A DNA stretch of 64,000 nucleotides from Octopus vulgaris (lineage: Eukaryota), in contig OX597818.1 of NCBI GenBank assembly GCA_951406725.2, forward strand, positions 119,970,001-120,034,000. Reading direction: 5' to 3'. This document shows positions 26,346 to 35,000 of the stretch, one piece after another. Positions within the stretch are counted from its first letter, which is position 1. Each line of letters begins with the position of its first letter. The notes beneath the pieces were generated by a model. It was not told the origin of the DNA and did no database searches. It was given only the letters and a program-made list of their open reading frames with translations. The translations under genes were made by a program, and so were the position numbers.

Positions 26346-28666
26346 CATTAGGCAAAAAGTTGAAAATTTTTGGGACCCATGACACTCTACAGATTTCAAT
26401 GAAATTGGTTGTGTAGTACTAGAGTTTTAGTGAAGCAGACACACACACATTCTCAGTTTTATATATGTGTATGTATGAGGCGCCTGTGGTAAGAAGTTTG
26501 CATCCCAACCACATGGTCTTTAGTTCGGTCCCACTGCGTGGCACTTAGGTAAAGTGTCTACCACTATGGTCCTAGGACAACCAAACCCTTTTTAAGTGGA
26601 CATGGAAGATGGAAACTGAAAGAAACCCATCGTGTGTGTGTGTGTGTGTGTATGTATGCGTGTGTGTACACACACACACACAATAGAATAGTGTTCTTGT
26701 TTACGATAGTCATTACTAGCTCATAATTTAACAAGTCAACCATAAATTCTATACTGATATTTAGGTCCCTGTACATGTGAATTAGTTCATTTAGAAATAG
26801 GCTTTACACCAGTTTTGAAAACATTACCTTTGTATGTACTTCTTAATCTTCAGGATTTAACATGCTACCGCATATACGACCAAAAGAATTCAAAAAGTCC
26901 CGTTTAATTAAAGCTGATCGAACCTTTCAACAAGAAATCACACCTTGATTGTCATAAAACACGCATGAAGCCCACGAGGCCTGACGTTTACTGCAAGAAG
27001 TTCAAAAGGTTAAGATAATCCTAACCCTAAAACACCGGGTACACGTATTTACTTTCGCCACATTTTAAAAGCAGCAGCAAACATCTTAGTTTGAACAGAC
27101 ACCTGAATGAATGAACGATCGGTTTGTTAACGGAGAGTCAATAAAAAAAAGTCTTAAAACAACAAATAATGAAGTTGTAGACTTTAATCATAAAGTTATC
27201 AATCCAAAATAATCGATGATAAAAATAAGAGATCATATCCCAAGACAACAAAACAAGGAATTTTTAAATATAGTTCAACTTCGTTCGAAACTAGTGCACA
27301 GAAGACGAAGACGAGAAAACCAAATAAACTTCACGCCGTTCATGCTAACTCGATGACGGACGTAGAAAGCTAAATTTAATTAGAATCGTTGAGAAATAGA
27401 TATTTTAATAATTACATGATCATACATTCGTAAACTTGAAAGATAATTACCGATTTAGAAATTAAATTGTCGTAGATTAAAACTTTATTCACCCTGCATT
27501 AAGCAAAACACATGTAGTGTCTTGCGATTGCTTAGGTTTAGTGATAAAAAAAACTTAACACATTTATTTTAAACCCCACCAAAACTACAGAAGCGAGAGA
27601 ATAAAAGACAACACACGGTGTTAGCTGGAATAAATGGATGTATAAAAAAAAGAAGCCAGTAAATAGGAAAGAAAATTTTAAATATTTAACAATCCAGCAT
27701 GTCACTGGATTGGACCGCGGTTGATTGACCAACATTCCTCGGGCTTCTTTTTTATTAACTTAATTAGGTTATTAGATTTCGCATTTATTCAGGCTATTAT
27801 AAATGACCATTCTAGTCGGAAAATAAACACTCGTGTGGAAACCCCATCTAGTTTCAATTTCATATTAATAACTATATGACGGTTGATATTCTAAGTAGAA
27901 ATGCAGACACACACACACACACAAACAGAGCGAGTACTTGTAACATAAATACATATATATATATATGTAGGTATGTATGTATGTATTTAAATTTAAAATA
28001 AGGGTGAGAAATTAGATATTAATTTAATTAACATCGATTAATGCTATATGCTAGTGGTCTAGTATATAAAAAAGAATGAAAGTTCAGTAAAATTGTATTA
28101 TATACATATTAGAGGGAAACCACTATGTGGACACCCATATGCTAGAAATAGATCCGCTATGGTCTTACCACTAAGAAATGCTCTCAAGAAAAATTTAGCG
28201 AAACATAGCGGATCTATTGGCGATCTATTTCTAGTATATGGGGTGTTCACATAGAGTTTTCCCTCTAATATGTATATATATATGTTTAATAGTATAGAAG
28301 GCCAAAGCAACTGCGGCGGATAAGAAACGCCAAAGAAGGAACGAGACATCGTCACAGCCCCCTTCTGTCCAAAAGATACATATTTGCCCCAAATGTGGCA
28401 GAACCTGTCGTTTAATTATAGTTTATACAGCCAGATAAGGGCTTACCGCTCACCCCTCATGATCTTCGGACACGAACAACTGCCATCATCATCATCATAT
28501 AATAACAAAAGTAATTTTTTCTTTTTTTGGCAGGGGAGTAATTGTGAATTAGTATATAACAATTAATACCTGTGTTGACCGTTATTTCTTTCCAAATTGG
28601 TGCAGTTGTCTGTGTCTTGGCAACCTCCCTAAACAGTAAGTTCCTACAAGCCAAGTAGTGCGCCAT
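422..28666 (-). CDS. NUP160: Nuclear pore complex protein Nup160 (Y-complex nucleoporin), 5' part of gene; 20 coding exons in window, continues beyond left edge
   Basis: Manually spliced GT-AG exons join in one open frame (2389 nt, about 796 codons). Peptides resemble metazoan Nup160: NRFIYW-RTTGDILELVEQSLDYNL, VHRLVFPHP, DGQAMFA, FIFCVCKDHKLRWWS, EDLTDFCLT, RDPRDVYMEKIFYPG, WTKFYSCCVQYQE, TRDLLLL, EFNLTQLAALDISE. Individual exons are listed separately. Confidence 0.95.
1146..1566 (+). mobile_element. tRNA-derived SINE, abundant Octopus-type family (representative near-full-length copy)
   Basis: tRNA-like head (tggctgtgtggtaag...ggttcagtccc), internal (TA/TG)n, 3' ...catggccacagtcaaatgactgaaacaagtaaaaga; many copies, e.g. 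5883-6290(-), 10670-11058(-), 33896-34125(-), 36250-36637(-). Confidence 0.85.
1580..1713 (-). CDS. NUP160: NUP160 exon 19 (AHCGSGQCWSLQINLMPQVILNFRCYLVLKWVMSTVALPSPANT)
   Basis: ttccag| acceptor, GT|gtatgt donor, 134 nt. Confidence 0.87.
2831..2985 (-). CDS. NUP160: NUP160 exon 18 (LLSQIDWGQLFASNCA...TRLNATRDLLLLLLIAMKCGDQ)
   Basis: ttgcag| acceptor, CAG|gtaaaa donor, 155 nt. Confidence 0.92.
3157..3252 (+). ncRNA. Type I hammerhead ribozyme motif with extended stem II (antisense to NUP160 intron 17)
   Basis: Stem I TTGCGG/CCGCAA; core CTGAAGA (3163-3169); 8-bp stem II GAGCTTTA/TAAAGCTT; GAAA (3235-3238); stem III ACA-TG-TGT; GTA cleavage triplet ending at 3246. Confidence 0.75.
4401..4675. 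repeat. Minisatellite, about 55-bp unit x5, within a SINE 3' end
   Basis: ctggacaag/ctggacagg recurs at 4441, 4496, 4551, 4605, 4660. Confidence 0.9.
4878..5023 (-). CDS. NUP160: NUP160 exon 17 (LALNDLLIDNIKSHLENVIDLVNAVRVISAHLNL...)
   Basis: aatcag| acceptor, CAC|gtaagt donor, 146 nt; phases fit exons 16 and 18. Confidence 0.85.
6329..6479 (-). CDS. NUP160: NUP160 exon 16 (EGHMVTDVLHVFKCMQLI...LEQAAGSLVDS)
   Basis: ttttgtag| acceptor, TG|gtatgt donor, 151 nt. Confidence 0.88.
7765..8215 (-). mobile_element. RTE-like LINE 3' end containing a 103-bp internal tandem triplication
   Basis: GWQKRYGGQRKTWLMTVKADLE / LASNRQAWSAFV peptides; ccaggttttt recurs at 7932, 8035, 8138. Confidence 0.7.
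8339..8447 (-). CDS. NUP160: NUP160 exon 15 (NHLTYFCPCDIVEELYIGDGNTEAAVALLNAVECRA)
   Basis: tcacag| acceptor, CAG|gtagtt donor, 109 nt. Confidence 0.85.
9174..9239 (-). CDS. NUP160: NUP160 exon 14 (VDSKCLGLFVDEQSGLICCIRK)
   Basis: gtctag| acceptor, AAG|gtaatt donor, 66 nt. Confidence 0.88.
11215..11319 (-). CDS. NUP160: NUP160 exon 13 (IRNAAMEYQLDEDEYCQLQLEHWTKFYSCCVQYQE)
   Basis: tttcag| acceptor, GAG|gttaga donor, 105 nt; W.KFY.CC.QYQE motif. Confidence 0.95.
11828..12207. mobile_element. Fold-back element family A copy (tRNA-like inner segment, degenerate CTGATGA..GAAA-like motif)
   Basis: Inverted arms (gtcctcatcttgtttg / caaacaagatgaggac) plus unpaired tail gtacagttctgtatttaagagatgagg; same family at 20736 and 34363. 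Confidence 0.65.
12439..12525 (-). CDS. NUP160: NUP160 exon 12 (VYKRSVHVRQDTVSLISLKEEVTNTVETE)
   Basis: ctctag| acceptor, GAA|gtaagt donor, 87 nt; LK.EVT..VE.E motif. Confidence 0.92.
12860..13095 (-). mobile_element. Decayed LINE reverse-transcriptase fragment
   Basis: FCY.PDVISRGGVCSESIVAKIRTGWKK resembles the RTE-type FCYLGD.I...GG...RI..GW.KF motif. Confidence 0.55.
14281..14440 (-). CDS. NUP160: NUP160 exon 11 (DQTAAKEWTDVILQPP...RDPRDVYMEKIFYPGCFSTQDIVRALN)
   Basis: ctgcag| acceptor, AAT|gtaagt donor, 160 nt. Confidence 0.92.
15030..15127 (-). CDS. NUP160: NUP160 exon 10 (EDLTDFCLTGDRLLTLWSSSSGEPIARIALFP)
   Basis: ttccag| acceptor, AG|gtatat donor, 98 nt, phase 2. Confidence 0.9.
15859..15933 (-). 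CDS. NUP160: NUP160 exon 9 (FCFIESSFNDGRYQLHHIGSIFGPS)
   Basis: ttttcag| acceptor, TCG|gttagt donor, 75 nt. Confidence 0.9.
16874..16962 (-). CDS. NUP160: NUP160 exon 8 (APGHSVRKVSAGDHVFPSLCVHLSFSDCNQ)
   Basis: tttcag| acceptor, CAG|gtttgt donor, 89 nt; restores phase between exons 7 and 9. Confidence 0.82.
17348..17426 (-). CDS. NUP160: NUP160 exon 7 (TQECLMVFNLLDLTRNKQHPHLPSIG)
   Basis: ctttcag| acceptor, GCG|gtaaga donor, 79 nt. Confidence 0.88.
18105..18388. repeat. Minisatellite, 77-bp unit x about 3.5 (SINE-derived)
   Basis: caaggtctttacggttagatg at 18195, 18272, 18349. Confidence 0.9.
18496..18610 (-). CDS. NUP160: NUP160 exon 6 (GSSETAEKTLSM...IFCVCKDHKLRWWSTK)
   Basis: tttcag| acceptor, AAG|gtgagt donor, 115 nt; DHKLR.WS motif. 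Confidence 0.95.
19048..19380 (-). mobile_element. Third SINE / LINE-tail family ending in (GAT)n, representative copy
   Basis: ...ggttggcgttaggaagggcatccagctgtagaaa...gcatggaaagcggacgttaaacgatgatgatg; copies at 1-163(+), 13952-14240(-), 23395-23716(+), 31627-31866(+). Confidence 0.8.
20313..20391 (-). CDS. NUP160: NUP160 exon 5 (GEVTRFELCHSSMMQRIWSGLVPNII)
   Basis: tttcag| acceptor, AA|gtaagc donor, 79 nt. Confidence 0.92.
20736..21333. mobile_element. Fold-back element family A copy with long palindromic core
   Basis: Inverted arms including tRNA-like segment (tagtggttaagagcgc.ggctactaacccc) and inner palindrome at about 20993-21155. Confidence 0.7.
21532..21769 (-). CDS. NUP160: NUP160 exon 4 (ETVCYRFGEDSK...DGQAMFAFSTSLGSILLFCMPTIEKP)
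   Basis: tttcag| acceptor, CTG|gtaaga donor, 238 nt. Confidence 0.92.
21929..22156. mobile_element. piggyBac-type MITE (TTAA-CCCTTT termini)
   Basis: ttaacccttttgttacc...gtaacgaaagggtt; tandem copies at 55358-55585 and 55617-55846; second TTAA family (ttaaccctttagcatt...) at about 13507-13731, 18740-18925, 10374-10600. Confidence 0.75.
23020..23227 (-). CDS. NUP160: NUP160 exon 3 (RTTGDILELVEQSLDYNL...VHRLVFPHPNKIPKP)
   Basis: tatag| acceptor, CCC|gtaagt donor, 208 nt; lies within ORF 22921..23277. Confidence 0.95.
24244..24355 (-). CDS. NUP160: NUP160 exon 2 (GSDSTLQDIKVSNTSGGYAYQDSTQPNSAASNRFIYW)
   Basis: cccag| acceptor, TG|gtatgt donor, 112 nt; SGGY.Y and NRFIYW motifs. Confidence 0.92.
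24740..26312 (+). mobile_element. Probable larger Helitron-type element (5' boundary uncertain)
   Basis: 3' end cacgggcaatgccagg...ctgCTAG-t at 26309-26312; internal reiterated ccccaatagggg-cttaactcc / gatgaaattt motifs. Confidence 0.45.
28098..28278. repeat. Imperfect palindrome / MITE-like fold-back in NUP160 intron 1
   Basis: tatacatattagagggaaacc...gaaatagatc vs gatctatttc...ttccctctaatatgtata. Confidence 0.7.
28570..28666 (-). CDS. NUP160: NUP160 coding exon 1 (MAHYLACRNLLFREVAKTQTTAPIWKEITVNT-G)
   Basis: ATG at 28666; donor CAG|gtatta; 97 nt, phase 1 matches exon 2; FREV...WKEITV resembles the Nup160 N-terminus. Confidence 0.85.
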
Positions 28667-29024
28667 TCTCTTGTCTTAAAGACAACCGCCTTTTGCTTGG
28701 TTGGTTCCTACTTCACGTGCTCACACAACTTCCGGTCAGGCTCACCATACAGACATCACATAATTTCTACATCATTTTCACGATATATCTCCACGAAACA
28801 ATTACAAACGAGCAATTTTATTTAATAAATTAATTTATAAATTTAATTTGATATTTATTTTTATAAAAAGCACCTCAAAATAATTATAAAACAAGAGAAA
28901 TAGTTGGTGTATTTTTAAATTTTCTTATTACCTTCTTTACAAAAGAGTTGTATTTCCGGTTCCACCGGCTCTACTGAAAAAGTCATCCTGGAGACGATCT
29001 TTGAGGTTTTTGTCTTGAAGCAAT
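28667..29024. promoter_or_regulatory. Compact bidirectional promoter and 5' UTRs shared by NUP160 and SNRPC
   Basis: Divergent ATGs 358 bp apart; ETS-type ACTTCCGGT (28728-28736) and ATTTCCGGT (28952-28960); E-box CACGTG (28714-28719); central AT-rich tract. Confidence 0.75.
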
Positions 29025-29032
29025 ATGCCGAA
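29025..29032 (+). CDS. SNRPC: SNRPC coding exon 1 (ATG CCG AA)
   Basis: caatATGCCGAA|gtaagt; supplies M-P-K start. Confidence 0.93.
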
Positions 29033-32000
29033 GTAAGTTACAGCTTTATTTAAGTATTACCATTGTGATGTTTTATAATTAATGTAACTATAGATGCATC
29101 CTCTTGTGTATCGTGCACCTTATAACAGTTTCTTATAAAGCAAATTTATACCAAATTAACTTCATGTGTAAGGAACTAAAGTGTGGTGTGTTGTTAGGAT
29201 AACATGCTGTTTGTTGTATTTAAGACAGTCGTTCGTAACATTTAATCTCTTTTTCAAAATAGCAAGAATATATAAAGGATCCGAGGGAACCAATGCTTGG
29301 ATTCTGCACTGGAAAAAAGATAAAATTAAATTTTAAATATATTATCTTCCAGCATACGAATTTATTATCTTAGAAATAGCCATCGCTATTATTTTTGCTT
29401 TCGATTTACTTTTAAAAAATGTTCCTCTTTAGTTACTGGCGCTGCCTTCTTAATATCAATTAAAATAGCTGACATATATTAGACATAATTTTATTTTATA
29501 AGCTAATCTGTTCCTGTAGTACACTCAACGCAAACTTTTGAGCTGTTATGAATAGCAAGAAAATCTACAAATCACACCCGACCATCTTGAATTATAAAGG
29601 ATAGGTACGTTATATATACCCCTAAAAAGTTGCGATGCTTATGGTTAGAATGTGTTGATGCTAGATCAACGCTCCGATCGACCAGGTTTGATTTGGAGCT
29701 AAAACAATAATTCTATGGATGATCGCTTTTGAGGTAATTTTGACTTGATTTTGAGAACGTTCGTTTTGATAATTTATCTAAAGTAAAAGAAAGTAAAAAA
29801 ATTATTATTACTAATTAATACGTATTGCTAACATACAAGTTTATATTTTTTCCATTTTCTTCAGATATTATTGTGACTATTGTGATACCTACTTGACACA
29901 CGATTCGGTAAGTATATAAACATTTTGTTCTTTACTGTAATTTAAGAGCCACTTAGACCCCCAATAGAGATGGGCAGTTTTAAATTGGAATAAATCTGCT
30001 TATCGTTAAGAAGAGAAACAATTTAAACGATTTGGGCAGAAACCTTCGTCAGACAGAGAGAGGAATGTTTACTGATGGTACCGAGATTTCGGAGTAGTAA
30101 GAGAGGAGAAGGAAAAAGGAATAACCCGAGGGTGGGTCACAAGGAAACCTTGTTGACATAACCCATTGCTTCTCATATTATTAGGAACAAGAAGATTGAT
30201 AAAGGGTAGACTATTTGACCCCTTTTGTCACTATATTTGTTGAAATATTTTGCATGTATTTCAATAAATTTTTAAAACAATGAGGAATTTAGTAAAATAA
30301 CTTAGTCGTTATTAAGCTGCTATTTGGAACATAAATCAGCACAAATTTTTTATTGACGGTTTTAATTTAGATCGCTTTTAACAGGAATACTGTACTTACC
30401 CTTATCTTAGCCCTTTTCTTCCCGTAGACCATTGGCCATCAATGACTTTTCTACATTGTTATTGACTCTAGGTTGTCTTTTCTGCATCTCTCCAGTTGGA
30501 TTCTTTTTGTGTGTGTGTGTGTGATTTTGTTGTACTGCATCATGTTTCCTTGAGGAGAGGCCTTCTTCTCCAGATTTTTTGGGTTTTAAATAGTCATTGA
30601 TGCATCTATAACTTTGCTTTTTTCTAGGTAGGGCTATTGAGCCTATGCAAACTCATTTTTACCTCTAAGAAGAGGTGGTTCATATTAGTGTGGCCTCTAT
30701 CCTTTGACCTGTTCATTATGGGAAGCCTTATCAGGGGTTGCACTCCACCAGCATATATCACAGGAATGAGATTAATCATTCTTATCTATCTCAAGAGAAG
30801 TGAAGCACATTTTCTGTCAAAAGTAGTGAGGAATAGAACTGAGACAGCTCCAACCAACTGGCTGACATGATGTACCAGGTAGTTTAGGGGTTGTAAGACA
30901 CCATGTGATGCTTTCATTCTTGGTTACTCTTTTACTTGTTTCAGTAAATATACATATGATGGGCTTCTTTCAGTTTCCGTCTACCAAATCCACTCACAAG
31001 GCTTCGGTTGGCCCGAGGCTATAGTTGAAGACACTTGCCCAAGGTGCCATGCAGTGGGACTGAACCCGGAACCATGTAGTTCGTAAGCAAGCTACTTACC
31101 ACACAGCCACACCTTTAATGGTAAAATCTTTGATTGTTAAACAACCCTATCACAGGTGAGGGCAGCTCCACTGCATGACACTTTGAACTGGACAAATGTC
31201 TTTTACTACAGCCCCAGGCATAGCAAATCCATGAGTGGATTTGATAGAGTGACACTAAAAGAAACCGGTCTCAAATATATATGTGTGTGCATGTGTTAAT
31301 ATCACATGATAGTTGTCAACAAGTGTCACCATTATGTAAACTTCCTAATGAATATATCAGGCCATCGGGAAATATTGCTTATAAACAAGCAAGGATTGGC
31401 AACAAGGACATCTGGCCATAGAAAATTCATCTTCAGCAAATTCCATCTCACCCATGCAAGCTTAGAAAAGTGTTTAAAATGATGATACTGATGTCCTTTG
31501 TTTAGGTTAGTTGCTGTCAAGTAATTCATTATAGTAAACCTTCGCCATATCGCAGTTCACCTATCATGGTTTATTATTTAAGCTTATGTCAATTCCTTTG
31601 TGGTGTTGTTTTGCATTTATAGCCGGTAGCACGTAAAAAGCATCAACAGATTGTGACCGTTACCAGCCTCCCTTGGCCCCTGTGCCAGTGGCACGTAAAA
31701 AGCACCCACTACACTTACAGAGTGGTTGGCATTAGGAAGAGCATCCAGTTGTAGAAACACTGCCAGATCAGACTGGAGCCTGGTGCAGCCTCCTGGCTTT
31801 CCAGACCCCAGTCAAACCGTCCAACCCATGCTAGCATGGAAAATGGACGCTAAACGATTTTGATGATATATATATATACATATATATATATGTTTGTGTG
31901 TGTATGTGTTATGGGCTTCTTTCAGTCTCCATCTACTAAATCCACTTACATAGTTTGGTTGGCCTGAGACTGTAGTAGGAGACACTTGCCCAAGGTGCCA

Positions 32001-35000
32001 CACAGTGGGACTGAACCTGGAATCATGTGGTTGGGAAGCAAGCTTCTTACCACCAGCAGAAGTTACAATGGAACTCAAGGGCTGAGAGTTTCGTACATTG
32101 CCACTTAATGCAGTGGACTGCTTTCATTTTCCATCTACCAAATCCATTCATAAGGTTTTGGTTGGCCTGGTGCTATATCAGAAGACGTTTGCCCAAGGTG
32201 CTCACACAATCACATTTGCTCCTGTGGAATGCACTACATTATCTAATCATAGTGTGTGATTCGAAAGAGAGATTTAGTTGCCATTTCTAGCATGTTGAGC
32301 AACATAGCGTGTGATTCAAAAGAGATTTAGTTGCTATTAATAGCATGTTGTGCAACCATTTAGAGGACCCTCATTGACTTAGATGCCATGATTATGTAAG
32401 AAAATATTACATTCAGTTATTAATGCAATATTCATCTTGTTTCTTTTTCAATTTACATTACAATGTTAAGTAAAAAAAAAAAAGACTTTAGTATGAGGGA
32501 GTGCTGAAAATTTCCTGGCTTTAAGGGTATCAAAGAAGGCCTGGTTTGAGGCCCAACCTTCTGAGTTCATTTACAGGGCTTAGAAAATCTGAAGGACCGC
32601 TGCAATAAATGTGTGAATCTGAGTGGGAGAATACATTGAATAAAATCATAATTAATGGATCTTCTGCATTCTCTTTTTCCAAGGACTTTTCAGCACCCAC
32701 TCATATTTTCTGAATTACATTTTGCAGCCTTCTGTGAGGAAAACCCATTGCAACGGAAGAAAACATAAAGAGAATGTCCGACTTTACTATCAGAAATGGC
32801 TTGAGGAGCAAGTCCAAAAGTTGGTCGATGACACCAGTAAGTATTGAATGCATTTTATGCATCAGTGAGAGGATTTGCATGCATACATACACATTATCTA
32901 TATTTGTTATATACAAATGCACACTTATGTTCATTAACATTTTGATATTCCCTTTGCCATGCTTGTATGAATTTGAGTTTATAAATACACATATTTACAC
33001 ACATACACATTTATACACGCACACATATATATATATATATATATATATCTTTATATATAAAAGAGAGGTTGTGTGCTGTCTGTCTCCTGCGATTTAGATT
33101 CCTTACTACTCCCACATTTTGCGGTGCAGTTTAACCAAAACCGGTTATCTTATAGTCGTGATTCATATCGAGCCCTTCTGGGTATTAGTGCGCGTCTACG
33201 ATTTAAAAAAAAAATTTACCATCAATTTTTCACATTTTTAATGCATTTTTGGCATATATAAGGGAAGTAACTCTCTAAAAATTTATTATTAAATCTCAAC
33301 GTAAAAAGCTACAGTAACCCCCCTCCCTTGTGGTTAGCCATATTAAGATGGCTATTATACTTTACATCTCTAAAAATGCTTATATAGTTATTTCCCTTAC
33401 AAACCCGAGCAATGCCGGGCGATACTGCTTGTATATATATATATATATATACAACGGGCTTCTTTCAGTTTCCATCTACAAAATCCACTCACAAGGCTTT
33501 GGTCGGCCCAAGGCTAAAGTAGAAGACACTTGGCCAAGGTGCCATGCAGTGGGACTGAACCTGGAACGATGTAGTTGAGAAGCAAGCTTAGGGCAGTTTC
33601 AGGCAGGTTGCTATCAAAAGAGTTAAATACAAATCCATAAACTAGTCTCTCTTCCTTTTGATTCAGTGACATAGATTTTTGGCATAGGCATGAGGCTTCA
33701 GTGTTTTGTTTTTATAATTATGATAACGACATAAAACTTTTGATTGTGTGACAGCTAAAAGAAGTACTTATGTAAGTAGAAGCTCAAGTGGGAATGACTG
33801 AACAGTGTTATATTGTTTAACCCTTTCGTAACTGTATCTATTTGGAGATGCGACGCTCTCTGTTTCTTTCAATTACTTTTAAATATAACAAAGAATTTGA
33901 CTGTGGTCATGCTGGAGCACCGCCTTATAGTCGAACAAATTGAACCTAGGACTTATTCTTTGTAAGCCTAGTACTTATCATATCGGTCTCTTTTGCCAAA
34001 CCGCTAAGGTATGGGGACGTAAACACACCAACATCGGTTGTCAAAGCAATGGTGGTGGGGACAAACACAGACACATAAACACACACACACACACATATAT
34101 ACACATATATTTGTATACATATATATGATTTCAAGTGCAAATGTCTAATCTGTATATTCTCTGTTATTTCTACTTTAGCTGCTGCATTCAAGGCTGGAAA
34201 GATAGCATCCAACCCTTTTCAGAGCACTCAACAAACAACAGCTGCCATGATTCCACCACCCACTACATTAGCAGGTAAGATTCTTTTCAGATTATACTGT
34301 CAGATATAATGCTTATTTATTTATTCACTGTTTGTTTGTTTTTATGACAAACACCAAATTGATACAGTTCTATATTTAAGAGATGAGGAATTATTTGCAT
34401 TTGACTGATATTTGTCCTCATCTTGTTTGTTGTTAACACAACGTTTTGGCTGATATAGCCTCCAGCTTTCATTAGGTGTCTAGGGGAAATTTCAAACCTG
34501 GCTTCTCATTCCTAAGGTATTTTTTGGTGTTATTATTCTACACAGGAAATTTAGATGGTTTGAAAGACGAGCTAGTTTTTGATGGAGTTCCTTTATATGT
34601 CTCCATTGAAGTATGGCGTCAATAGTAGACTTCATTGGAGACATCTAGTGAAACTCCATCAAGACTAGCTCGTCTTTCAGACTATCTAACTTTCATGTGT
34701 AGAATAATAATAACATCAATAAAAGCCTTAGGAATGAGAACACAACAAAGAAGATGAGGACAAATATCCGTCAAATGTAAATAATGTACCAAATGAATAA
34801 TCCTTTCTGCTATAGGCACAAGGCCTGAAATTTGTGGGGAGCGGGATAGTTAATTACATCAACCCTAGTACTTGACTGATACTCAATTTATCAACCCCGA
34901 AAGGTTGAAAAGGCGAAGTCGACCTCAGTGGACTTTGAACACAGAACGTGGCAACAGGCAAAATACTGCTAAGCATTTCGTCCAGCGTGCTAACGATTCT

